Source of the DNA: a virus
Lineage: Duplodnaviria; Caudoviricetes
Reading direction: 5' to 3' (one strand)
Length of the DNA stretch: 64,000 bases
IMG/VR virus record: IMGVR_UViG_3300032167_000039
Position 1 is the stretch's first letter; each line of letters begins with the position of its first letter. Positions 1-9,900 of this stretch are shown here, in pieces. The notes beneath the pieces were generated by a model. It did not search any database. It was given only the letters and a program-made list of their open reading frames with translations, and was not told the DNA's origin. The position numbers and the translations under genes are program-made.

Positions 1-705
1 GATGCAAATGACGAGTATTTTGCATACTTTTCTAAAGATGGAAAAACTTGGTATGAACCTCAAGCAGACATAATTTTAAGTCAATTTAAAAATTTAGACT
101 TATGGCTACGTTTTTCTGGTATTAATGAGATGATTTATTATTTAATAACTAAATATGAAAATGATATTTTAGAAATTATACCAATGGATATGGAAGAAAA
201 AGAAGACTTAACAGTTCTTCAAAAAGATAGAGAATCCTTAGAAGCAAAAAGAAAAAATGGAAAGTTATGGGCATATGTTAATCCACAAACAATGTCTCCC
301 TATCCGGATGATTATTGGTTCCATCAAGGCGAAACTTATTATATCAAATCTCTTACCTTGGCACCAGTAAAGAAGAAGTTAAAAGCTCAAAAAATTGAGG
401 TCAAAGCAGGAGAATTCCCTGGTTTATATATGCTTGTTGGAGAGACCTATATTAGAAGTAGAGACACTGGCGAAGATGAAAGAATGCAATTAAGATTTCC
501 AATGTGTAAAGTAAAATCAGAACATTCTATTACACTTGAGGCGGCAGGAGATCCAACTGTATTTAATTTAGATCTTGAAGTTGCAAGACCTAAAAATGGT
601 ATTATGATGGAACTAATTGCATATGAAACAGAAGAAAGAACCATTATTAATGAAAATGGAGAAATTGAAATTGTTGATAGCTCAACAAGAGTTTTAAGTG
701 ATTAA
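1..705 (+). CDS. Tail-tube-like structural protein, paralog 1 (5'-truncated by window edge)
   Basis: Frame is open from base 1 (the ORF-track start at 130 is internal). C-terminus FPGLYMLVGETYIRS..DERMQ..EAAGDPTVFNL is shared with the next ORFs. Upstream of the tape measure gene. Confidence 0.6.
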   Translation, partial: DANDEYFAYFSKDGKTWYEPQADIILSQFKNLDLWLRFSGINEMIYYLITKYENDILEIIPMDMEEKEDLTVLQKDRESLEAKRKNGKLWAYVNPQTMSPYPDDYWFHQGETYYIKSLTLAPVKKKLKAQKIEVKAGEFPGLYMLVGETYIRSRDTGEDERMQLRFPMCKVKSEHSITLEAAGDPTVFNLDLEVARPKNGIMMELIAYETEERTIINENGEIEIVDSSTRVLSD

Positions 706-717
706 GGAGGGATGTAA

Positions 718-2397
718 ATGAATATCTTTGAACAGTATGGTATTAAAGAGGTAGCTGATGTTACTCTTTATGCTATAGAATTAGATGAAAATGATGAAGA
801 AATTTACATTCCTGTTTTATATTTAGATACACTAAAGATATCATCTGTGGAGCAAACAGCAGAACAGACTTCGGCTCGTGGCGGTCTTGGTAATCCCCAT
901 TTAATTACTTGGGATTATGGAAAGGAAATTACTGTAAAATTAGAAGATGCTCTTTATACTCCTGCTTCAATGAGTATGCTCTGGGGCGGAAAATACGCGA
1001 GTAAAAGTGTTGAATTATGGGGCGTTTTTGATGCACATAAAGAAAAGTTTTCTTGGGCAAAAGCCATATTGAAGGATTTTTCTAATTTTTCAATAGAAGA
1101 AGATCCAAATAAAGGAACTGTTTATAAGTGGACAGTAAATTCAATCATCATGTCTCTTGATGGGCAGTTTAGACATGAACAAAATGATATTGAAATTTCT
1201 TACTATTCGAAATATGGAAGAAATTATTGGAGTTTTAACAATCCAGTCGATTTTGAAAATGGAAGCTTTACTCTTTCAGAGGGGAAGAATCTGTTTGTAA
1301 ATGTTCCTCAAGAATTAATCTATCAAGTTAAACATGGGATTGAAAGTGTGAAGTTTCTTGACAGAATGGAGAAATGTGTAGCAACAAAAAATTTTGTAAT
1401 TGACACGGATATAAATATTAAGCATGGAAATTATAGGTATTTAAAGAAATATGATGAAACTGCTTTAACCGTCTTTATCGATCCAGCAACAATGCAACCT
1501 TATGAACCCAATCTTGATTTCTTTATTAGAAAAGATGGTAGTCGTTATCCTAAAGAAGGCTTTAAAAAGCTTCGTTTAATTAAGCAGAATGATATTTATT
1601 ATAAGTGGACAAGAAGTATCGCGTCGCCACATATGAGTTTAGGCAATCGAATTACTGTAGACGCAGAACATTTCCCAGGTGTTTATCGTTTAGTTGGTGA
1701 AACTTACAGTAGAAATCGTGATACACATGAAGATGAAAGATTTCAATTTGAAATTCCTCTATGTAAAATGGGATCGGAAAATAGTTTTACATTTGAGGCA
1801 GCAGGAGATCCAACTGTATTTAATATGACTCTTCAAGTTCTAAGACGAGAAGATGGTACTATGATGAAATTGACTCAATACAATGTTGAACAAGCTAAAT
1901 ATAATGGACAAACAAGCGGTAGTACAATTGTTATTCCAACAGACGATCCAGATATTATCTTTGATGATATTGAGATTAAAGCAGAATGGAGAACTCCTTA
2001 TGAATTAGACTGGGGCATTGAAGAATATGGAGACAGAACAGATATTGTCGGATTAAAAATTGTTCATCCTTCAGATTTAGCTGAATTTTATGTTGATAAT
2101 AATACATATTGGGCAACAACAACAGAAGCAGAAGACGGTAATATTAAGAACGGAGAAATCTTAATTGAAGGCATTGCAGGTACAATTCACACATATTTAC
2201 GTGTTCAGACTGTTGATGGTGTAGTACAATGGGAAAATAATACTCCAGTATTTGTATTTGATGATTTTGGTAATATTGTAACTAGAAAAGAAATATCAGA
2301 AAGTTCAGATGTTAAGTTTACTAGCGATAATGAATTTGGACAAAACATAGAAGTTAGCTTGGAAGCTTTATCTTCAGAAGAGGAGGGAGAGGGATGA
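718..2397 (+). CDS. Tail-tube-like structural protein, paralog 2
   Basis: SD AAGGAGG. N-terminal YGIKEVADV and ARGGLGNPHLITWDYGKEI..LEDAL; C-terminal FPGVYRLVGETY..EAAGDPTVFNM. Has an insertion and an acidic C-terminal extension. Confidence 0.6.
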   Translation: MNIFEQYGIKEVADVTLYAIELDENDEEIYIPVLYLDTLKISSVEQTAEQTSARGGLGNPHLITWDYGKEITVKLEDALYTPASMSMLWGGKYASKSVELWGVFDAHKEKFSWAKAILKDFSNFSIEEDPNKGTVYKWTVNSIIMSLDGQFRHEQNDIEISYYSKYGRNYWSFNNPVDFENGSFTLSEGKNLFVNVPQELIYQVKHGIESVKFLDRMEKCVATKNFVIDTDINIKHGNYRYLKKYDETALTVFIDPATMQPYEPNLDFFIRKDGSRYPKEGFKKLRLIKQNDIYYKWTRSIASPHMSLGNRITVDAEHFPGVYRLVGETYSRNRDTHEDERFQFEIPLCKMGSENSFTFEAAGDPTVFNMTLQVLRREDGTMMKLTQYNVEQAKYNGQTSGSTIVIPTDDPDIIFDDIEIKAEWRTPYELDWGIEEYGDRTDIVGLKIVHPSDLAEFYVDNNTYWATTTEAEDGNIKNGEILIEGIAGTIHTYLRVQTVDGVVQWENNTPVFVFDDFGNIVTRKEISESSDVKFTSDNEFGQNIEVSLEALSSEEEGEG

Positions 2398-3698
2398 ATT
2401 TATTTCAAAAATATGGAATTAAGGAAGTAGCGGATGTTGTATTTTATTCTATTACAGAAATTGGTGAAGAAGAATTCTACACTCCCGTCCTCTTTTTAGA
2501 TACCTTAAAGGTCTCTACTTTAGAGAAGACAGCAGAAAAAGTTGAGGCATTTGGAGGGAAAGGCAATAAGAAGCTTATTACTTGGAATTTTGGTAAGAAC
2601 ATTACATTAGAACTTGAAGATGCTCTTTTTTCTCCAGCCAGTATGAGTATGATTTGGGGCGGCAGACTTGATTTTAAACTTTCTATTTATACTTCTACAA
2701 TTGTTAAGTGCAATATAGTTAATAAATATGCCGCCTGTCATTATTCGATTAAAGCTTATCCATCTCCTGAGTTAACTAAAGAAGAAATGGAAGTTCTTTT
2801 TGAGGCGGCGCAAGGAATTTATGAAGCTCCAAATACCCAACATGGTGAAAATTCAACTAATTACTTATTTGAAAATGATGAAACTTATGTTGCAGAAAAT
2901 AGACAAAAGCTACTCCAACAATACTATACAAGATCAAATCTTGGAGAAGATTTGATTGTAATTCCTCAAAATGTTATTCAAAAAATTATTGAAAAGATTA
3001 AGGAATTAAAGGATATTGGTGAAATAAAAGACGAAATCTATGAATTAGAAGTTATAGATAGAATGGAAAAGTGTATTGTAAAAAAGAAAGAAGGACAAAA
3101 AATTAGTATTTATAATCAAAGAGAAGGATTAAAAAAATATTATGCAGATGATAGGACAAGTTCTTTTACTATTTTTTATGATGCAAAAACAATGCTACCT
3201 TTATTGCCGCCGGACGATCAAGTTGATGTAACTTTTGAGGATAATCCTGGTGAGTTTAGAATTAAATTAGGTACAATTTATTATAAATGGACTCGTACAG
3301 TAAAAAGAAAAGAAGAATTTGATGACAGTATTCTTGGAAGAACATTTGTTATCAATGCAGATACCTTTCCAGATAAATATCGTATCGTAGGAGAAACTTA
3401 TATTAGAAGTCAAAAAACAGGAAAAGATGAACGATATCAATTCACAATCTATCGCGCCAATGTTACTACAGATACAAATATTACACTTGAAGCGGAGGGA
3501 GATCCAACTACTTTCTCAATGTCAGTTGATGTTTTAGTGCCGCCAAATGATATTATGATGGAATTAAAACAATATGATGTTGAAGAAGATATTTACGAGG
3601 GCGGCACACGCATTATACCTCAAAAATCAAAATATACTTACACTCCTATTGAATATGAAAAAGTTGATATGCCAGAATCAAATGACGAAATTTATTAA
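2394..3698 (+). CDS. Tail-tube-like structural protein, paralog 3
   Basis: ATGA overlap with the previous gene. Shares YGIKEVADV, LITWNFGKNI.LELEDAL, DRMEKC, YYKWTR and VGETYIRS..EAEGDPTTF with paralog 2. Confidence 0.6.
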   Translation: MNLFQKYGIKEVADVVFYSITEIGEEEFYTPVLFLDTLKVSTLEKTAEKVEAFGGKGNKKLITWNFGKNITLELEDALFSPASMSMIWGGRLDFKLSIYTSTIVKCNIVNKYAACHYSIKAYPSPELTKEEMEVLFEAAQGIYEAPNTQHGENSTNYLFENDETYVAENRQKLLQQYYTRSNLGEDLIVIPQNVIQKIIEKIKELKDIGEIKDEIYELEVIDRMEKCIVKKKEGQKISIYNQREGLKKYYADDRTSSFTIFYDAKTMLPLLPPDDQVDVTFEDNPGEFRIKLGTIYYKWTRTVKRKEEFDDSILGRTFVINADTFPDKYRIVGETYIRSQKTGKDERYQFTIYRANVTTDTNITLEAEGDPTTFSMSVDVLVPPNDIMMELKQYDVEEDIYEGGTRIIPQKSKYTYTPIEYEKVDMPESNDEIY

Positions 3699-3699
3699 T

Positions 3700-3731
3700 A
3701 ATAAGACGGGCTCGCCCCGTCTTATTTTTTT
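3700..3731 (+). terminator. Rho-independent terminator
   Basis: AATAAGACGGG-ctcgc-CCCGTCTTATT followed by a T run, just after the stop at 3698. Confidence 0.85.
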
Positions 3732-3788
3732 ATAGTATCTTCAATAAAAAACTACTTTATTTATAGGAGTAAAAAGGAGGCGAGAAAT

Positions 3789-4691
3789 ATGGATAATTTT
3801 TCTGGTATGAAAGAGTTATATGATGTAAGTATCAGACTTAATAGTCCTTTAGAGTTTAATGGAAGAAAATTTAATACAAATGAAACATTATTATTATTCA
3901 AAACCGCAGAAATCGCAGACATTACAGAAAGAAAAAGTTCTACGCAGGCGCGCGGTGGTTATCATAATAATGCACTTATAAACTGGGAGACAGACAAGGA
4001 AATGAATTTTGCAATTTCCCATGGTATCCTTTCTCCTGTAAGTTGGGCATTGCTTTCAAATTCAAAGATTGAAATGCCTAAGACAAAATCAGTTTCATAT
4101 AATGAGACAGTTCATACAATTGAAGACAATGATTATTGCTATGTAGATTTAAAATATAAACCCAATCATTGTAATTGTATTATGGGCGTGCAAGGTAATC
4201 CTTGTAATGAGCCGCTACCAATGGGACGAAGACCGGAGTTAATGTTAAAGCCTTTGCCGCCAAGTAGAGAAAAATTTATTTTTGTTTATGATCAAGAAAC
4301 AGGTCAGCGAATAGATGATTTTGAAATCTATGAAAATAGATTATTTTTTAAAAGATCATATAGAGAAGTCTATGTGGATTATACTTTTGAGTATGAAGAT
4401 AAGATTAAGGTAATAAAAGTCGGAGATCGACTTTTTAATGGTTTTCTTAGTTTAACTGGGAAAATGAGTGTAAAGGATGAGATGAGTGGAGAAGTAACCA
4501 CTGCGATATTGGAGATACCAAAGATTAAATTATCTTCTAATTTATCATTGAGATTAGGAAAGAATTATGATAGTTCGACTGTTAGTGATTTCTTTTTTAC
4601 TGGATATCCAGATGAAAATGTAAGAAGAGAAAAACAGTCTGTTTGTAGAATTACTTTCTTGGATAAAGAGTTAACAGGAGATTATATTTAA
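3789..4691 (+). CDS. Tail-tube-like structural protein, divergent paralog 4
   Basis: GMKELYDV and ARGGYHNNALINWETDKE resemble GIKEVADV and ARGGLGN..LITWDYGKE; C-terminal LEIPKIKL. SD AAGGAGG. Confidence 0.5.
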   Translation: MDNFSGMKELYDVSIRLNSPLEFNGRKFNTNETLLLFKTAEIADITERKSSTQARGGYHNNALINWETDKEMNFAISHGILSPVSWALLSNSKIEMPKTKSVSYNETVHTIEDNDYCYVDLKYKPNHCNCIMGVQGNPCNEPLPMGRRPELMLKPLPPSREKFIFVYDQETGQRIDDFEIYENRLFFKRSYREVYVDYTFEYEDKIKVIKVGDRLFNGFLSLTGKMSVKDEMSGEVTTAILEIPKIKLSSNLSLRLGKNYDSSTVSDFFFTGYPDENVRREKQSVCRITFLDKELTGDYI

Positions 4692-4692
4692 T

Positions 4693-4719
4693 GCGGTATC
4701 GAGAGATACCGCTTTCTTT
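4693..4719 (+). terminator. Terminator hairpin (GAGA tetraloop)
   Basis: GCGGTATC-gaga-GATACCGC followed by TTTCTTT. Confidence 0.7.
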
Positions 4720-4740
4720 ATTTGAGAGGTGAGAAGAGGA

Positions 4741-6912
4741 ATGAGTGAAGAACAAAAGAAGAGTACTATAAATCTCTTAAGTTTACAAGAATGGAAAGAC
4801 AATCAAACAAGAAAAAAAGATATAGGAAAAATATCTATTGACTCTCAATCTACATTGCAAGATTTTCAAAATATGTTAAAAAAAGAAGCAGAAAAGTCTT
4901 GGCAAAAAGAAAAATTGCTTTTAGAAAAAATAGGGGGTTCTTTATATCAGTTTAGTAATACTAATTTTGAAAGTAATATTACTCAAAAAGGGAAGGGAAG
5001 TTGGCAATCAGTTTTTTCTTATTTAAAAGAATTATCTGGGGGAGACGATTTTGAATATTGGATAAATATTTTAGAGATAGTTTCTTCACAGGCTTTCATA
5101 AAAGACTTAGTAAGCAAAAGTCAAAAACAAATTATGAAAACCTTTTCATCTGAAAATAAAACTAATTTAACTACTCCCGCTTTATATGTAAAAAAAATTA
5201 GAAAGTTTATAAACCCTTCTGGCAATATAGAGAGCTACTTCAACGAAGAAAAAAAATCTTTTATTATTAATCCTGAAAAAATTACCCCTAAAAAAGGTGA
5301 TTTAGATGGAGTATATGAATTAATTACTGATGTTATTAAGTGGTATGAATCAGCTTTAGAAAAAGCTTTATCTGAAATTAGAAATTTAAGTGAAAGTGGA
5401 GAAATTATTTTTGAGGATGAAAATAAGAAGACATGGCAAGGAATAAAAGAAGAACTTTTAGAAGAGATGAAAGGAAAAATAAAAGATACTTATACCAAGG
5501 TTTATCAAGTTATGTGGAAAAGGGCTGCAATAAAAGCTATTCCTGAAGCACCTGGGGGTGACGAAGGAATCTTAAAATTTATAAATGATTGGATGAAAAA
5601 AACAGAAAAAGGAGGGAAAAAGATTGAATCTATAGAGCAATTAACTTCAACATATAATTATCAAGAACAGTTGGCAAGTTTTGAGGGAAGAGAGTATACT
5701 TGGATTTTAGAAGTAAGTGGTGGAGAAGTTATTCTATCAAGATATAAAAAAAATGAAGTCAACACCACAAATAAAACTGGTTTAGATGATTTTTCTAAAA
5801 AAGAAGGAAAAATATCTGATCAAACTGCAAAAGAGTTTGCCGAAAAATTAATGGATCTTATGCTCTCTTTAATTACAGGCTATATGGGTGCGGCCCAGTC
5901 TAAAAAAGATCAACCTAATATTACAAATGCTACACTTAGGCAAAAAATGACTTCTTTATTGGAGGCTAATTTTAAAGACTATCAGAAAAAATTTATGGAG
6001 AAAAATCCAACTGGAATAGACAAGGAAAAAAATAATGTTTATCAAGCATATCTTCGTTCGTCTTTTGGTGGCGTAGGGAAGAGCAATAGAGAGGCATTAA
6101 TACAGGGTACTTTTGGCGAAATATTGTTTTCGGCTCTTTTGACAACAAAACTTGATGGTTTTACAAAAGAAGAATATGAAGAAGCAAAAACCACCACGGA
6201 GAATAAATCAAAAATGACTGCTGTGTATGTTAATGGACAACAATTAAATGAGTCTGATCAACAAGCTCATGATGATGTGGTGGTTATAATAGATGGGAAA
6301 AAAATTGGAATACAAGTAAAACAATATAATTCCAAAAATGTTAAAACAGAAGGCGAGTCTTTTTATAATGAAAAACATGATGTTTTTGGTGACATGGCCT
6401 TTTCACAAAAATCTTTAGGAAGATATTTTACAGTTCAAGGAGAGGACAATGAAAAAAACATTAAACAAATAATAGAGTATCTTCGTTTAACTTTACTTGC
6501 AAGCGATAGTTTTCAAGATATAGATGTCACACAAGTTTTGTATCCTCATTTTTTAAGATTTGCTAGAATCAGAGATGATTTGGAAAATGGATTAGAAGAA
6601 ACTGAAGATTTAACTTACAATAATTTTTATGTTTTTAATTTTGCTTTAATTCCAACTTCTCAAATACTATCTCAAATTATCGTTAATATAGATGAAGATC
6701 TTAAAAACAATGAAAAAAATGCAAAAGGAGTCTTTAAACTGAAACCAATTCAAGTAGAAGAGGGAGCAAGTAATTTTAATATTATGCCTAATTATGATTT
6801 AAAATACAGCTTAGAAGGAAAAACAAAAACCGCTGTAGGCAACTTAGTTTTTAGTGGTTTAAATGTAAAACCAAGTCGTTGGTATAATTTTAAAAATGGA
6901 GAGGTGACTTAA
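4741..6912 (+). CDS. Hypothetical Lys/Glu-rich protein with possible C-terminal PD-(D/E)xK-like motif
   Basis: Long ORF; ATG at 4741 after GAGGTG (track start 4729). GE..HDD..GIQVKQY pattern. Abuts the tape measure start. Confidence 0.6.
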   Translation: MSEEQKKSTINLLSLQEWKDNQTRKKDIGKISIDSQSTLQDFQNMLKKEAEKSWQKEKLLLEKIGGSLYQFSNTNFESNITQKGKGSWQSVFSYLKELSGGDDFEYWINILEIVSSQAFIKDLVSKSQKQIMKTFSSENKTNLTTPALYVKKIRKFINPSGNIESYFNEEKKSFIINPEKITPKKGDLDGVYELITDVIKWYESALEKALSEIRNLSESGEIIFEDENKKTWQGIKEELLEEMKGKIKDTYTKVYQVMWKRAAIKAIPEAPGGDEGILKFINDWMKKTEKGGKKIESIEQLTSTYNYQEQLASFEGREYTWILEVSGGEVILSRYKKNEVNTTNKTGLDDFSKKEGKISDQTAKEFAEKLMDLMLSLITGYMGAAQSKKDQPNITNATLRQKMTSLLEANFKDYQKKFMEKNPTGIDKEKNNVYQAYLRSSFGGVGKSNREALIQGTFGEILFSALLTTKLDGFTKEEYEEAKTTTENKSKMTAVYVNGQQLNESDQQAHDDVVVIIDGKKIGIQVKQYNSKNVKTEGESFYNEKHDVFGDMAFSQKSLGRYFTVQGEDNEKNIKQIIEYLRLTLLASDSFQDIDVTQVLYPHFLRFARIRDDLENGLEETEDLTYNNFYVFNFALIPTSQILSQIIVNIDEDLKNNEKNAKGVFKLKPIQVEEGASNFNIMPNYDLKYSLEGKTKTAVGNLVFSGLNVKPSRWYNFKNGEVT

Positions 6913-9900
6913 ATGGCAGGTAAAACATATGTGCAGAAAATACAATTTCAAAGTAGTTTTGATGGCGCTGAAGTTCTTTCTGGTTTAAAGAAAATCCGTC
7001 AATCAATGTCAAATGCCGGCGCAGACGCCTCTTTATTTAAAGGCGTAGATAAAGATATCGCTCAGGCCGAAAAGCTTGTAACTGATTTATTAGCCCAAAT
7101 TCAAAAAGGCTTTTCAAATCCAAAAGAAATTGCAAATTTTGAAAAGCAATTTGAGAAACTCGGGTCTTCACTTAGCAAGATCAATGTCGGTTTACAAGGG
7201 GTTAATGAAGTAGGAAATTTTAATCTAAATGCCGCTGAAATTCAAAAATATACAAAAGAGCTTGATAAGTTAACTGCTAAACAAGGGCAGTTAGAACAAG
7301 CTGCAAAAGATAGTATCGCCGCGCAACTTGATGCGGCGAAACTAACTCAAAAGGAACGTCAAGCCATTATGGATGAAGTTGAAGCTCAAGGTGATCTTGA
7401 GGCGGCAATTAAAAAAGTTGCTCAAGCTAAAGAAAAGGCCGCAAAAGCAAAACATGGCACAAAAGCTATGGAAGAAGGTAGTGGTAGAGAGTACATTGAT
7501 ACTAAAGTTGATGTAGGCTTAACTGCCGATGATGTTGGAGCGACCGCAAAGAAAGGTAACGTTAAAAGAGGGAAAAATGATGCTAGAGCAAGAGACGCCG
7601 CAGGTAATTTAATTAAGTCTGATGGAAAAAATCAGATCGATGAATTAAAAACAAATATCGCATTACAAGAATCTTATAAAAAAGCTTTAGAAGAAGTTGT
7701 TAGAACTGGTGGGACGGCAGATGATGCAGTTGAATTAATGAAGAAGTCAATGGGAGAGTATGGTATTGAACTTACTGAAACCACGCAGCTTCTTTATAAT
7801 TTTCAACATGAAATTGAAGATTTTTATACTGATAATTTAAGTTCTCAACAACATGCCGCTATTACGAGAGCGCAATCTCTTGGTAGAACTAATATTGATG
7901 GACAGTTTGAATTAAGCCAGCAGGGGCAAGAAATTGTTGATAATGCTGACATGCAAGCAGCACAACAGAATCTAGGCGCCATTAGACAAGCCCAAGAACA
8001 AGTCAATGCCGAAATTCAAGAAGGAGAACGTGCTACAGAGCAATTTGTTCAAGAACAGACACAAGGACTTGAACAAGCACAACAAGCGCAAGAAGATTTA
8101 GAGAGATCTGCAAAAGAATCTACTGAAAAAATGAAAGAGCAAGCCGAAGCTACTACTGCTATGAATAATAAGTTTGATGACATGAAACAAGCTGTAAAAA
8201 CATTTTTATCAATTGGTAGTGCCATTGGCGCAGTTAGAAATATTATCTCTCAAACTTTTAATGACATTAAAGAATTGGACAAGAGTTTTGCAAATATCGC
8301 CATGGTTACTAGCTATACTGTAGGACAAATGTGGAACAGCTACGAGCAGTATGCTCAGATGGCCAATGAGCTTGGACAATCTACACAGAGCGTAATTGAA
8401 GCAAGCGGACTTTTCTATCAACAAGGTCTTGATACAGCAGAGTCTCTCGCTCTTACTGAAGATACTATGAAACTTGCCACTCTTGCAGGAACAGATTTTG
8501 CAGAAGCAACTTCACAGATGACCGCCGCCCTTCGTGGTTTTAAAATGGAAATGGATGAAGGTGCAAGAGTTACTGACGTATATTCAGAACTTGCCGCAAA
8601 AGCTGCTGCTGATGTACAAGGTATCGCATACGCGATGAGTAAGACAGCGTCTATTGCTGAATCTGCCGGTATGGAATTTGAAACAACATCTGCTTTCTTA
8701 ACACAGATGATTGAAACAACTCAGGAAGCTCCAGAGAATATCGGTACTGCGATGAAAACTATTATTGCAAGATTTACTGAGTTGAAGACTAATGTAGCTG
8801 GCACGGCTGATTCTGAATTTGAAGATTTAGATTACAATAAGGTTGATACTGCATTAAAATCTGTTGGCGTATCAATTAAAGATGCTAGTGGACAATTTAG
8901 AGATCTTGATGATGTATTTTTAGAGTTATCTGGAAAATGGAATACTTTAGACAGAAATACTCAAAGATATATTGCTACTATTGCTGCTGGTTCAAGACAA
9001 CAGTCAAGATTTATTGCAATGATGGATAATTATGAGCGTACAATAGAATTAGTTAATACCGCCTATAATTCTGCGGGTAAATCTAGCGAACAATTTAATA
9101 AGTATCAAGATACAATTGAGTATAAATTAAATAAACTTAAAAATAGTTGGGAGCAATTAAGAGTTTCTTTCTTTAATAGCAAGGGCTATGGTGATGCAAT
9201 TGTATTGTTGACAAAACTTCTTGATAAAGTTAGAGAATTTGAATTAGTGGATTTCGCCGCATTGGGTGCTGTTTGGTTGACATTAGGAAAAATAGTTATT
9301 CAGAATTTTATTAGAGGAATACAATCTTCAACAAATGGAATTATAAAAGTTTTTTCCGCAACATTCGATAAGGTAAAAAACAGTGTTATGAATAAAATTG
9401 GAATGAGAATTCCTTTAGATTTGTCTCCTCAGATGGCAGAGGCTCGAATTAATGCTTTAAGACAAAAATTACAAAGTCTAGAGGCGGAAAAAATCGAATT
9501 AGATGCGAACCCTACTCCGGCATTAAGAGACCTAGCTTTAATCCAGCAACGTTTAGATGAGCTACAATTAGATGCAACACAAATAAAATTTACACCAAGT
9601 GGAAAAGCATATTATGAAGATGCGCAAGGAAAAAGGCAAAGTTTTCAGGTTAATGGACAACGAGTAACTAAAAATCAATTTAACGCTGCACAGAATGCCG
9701 GACAGCAAAGAGCAAATTTAAATAATGAAGCTGATTCTACTGCTGCTTTATTAGGAGATGCAGAAAAAAATAAACAAATGGCTCAGGTTCGAGGGCAAGC
9801 TATTGGGCAATCTTTTGCAGTTGCCTTTACTGCCGCAACAACTTCTGTTGTAATGCGAGAAAATCCCGGACAAGTTTTTGGAGATGTTGTTGTTTCAGGT

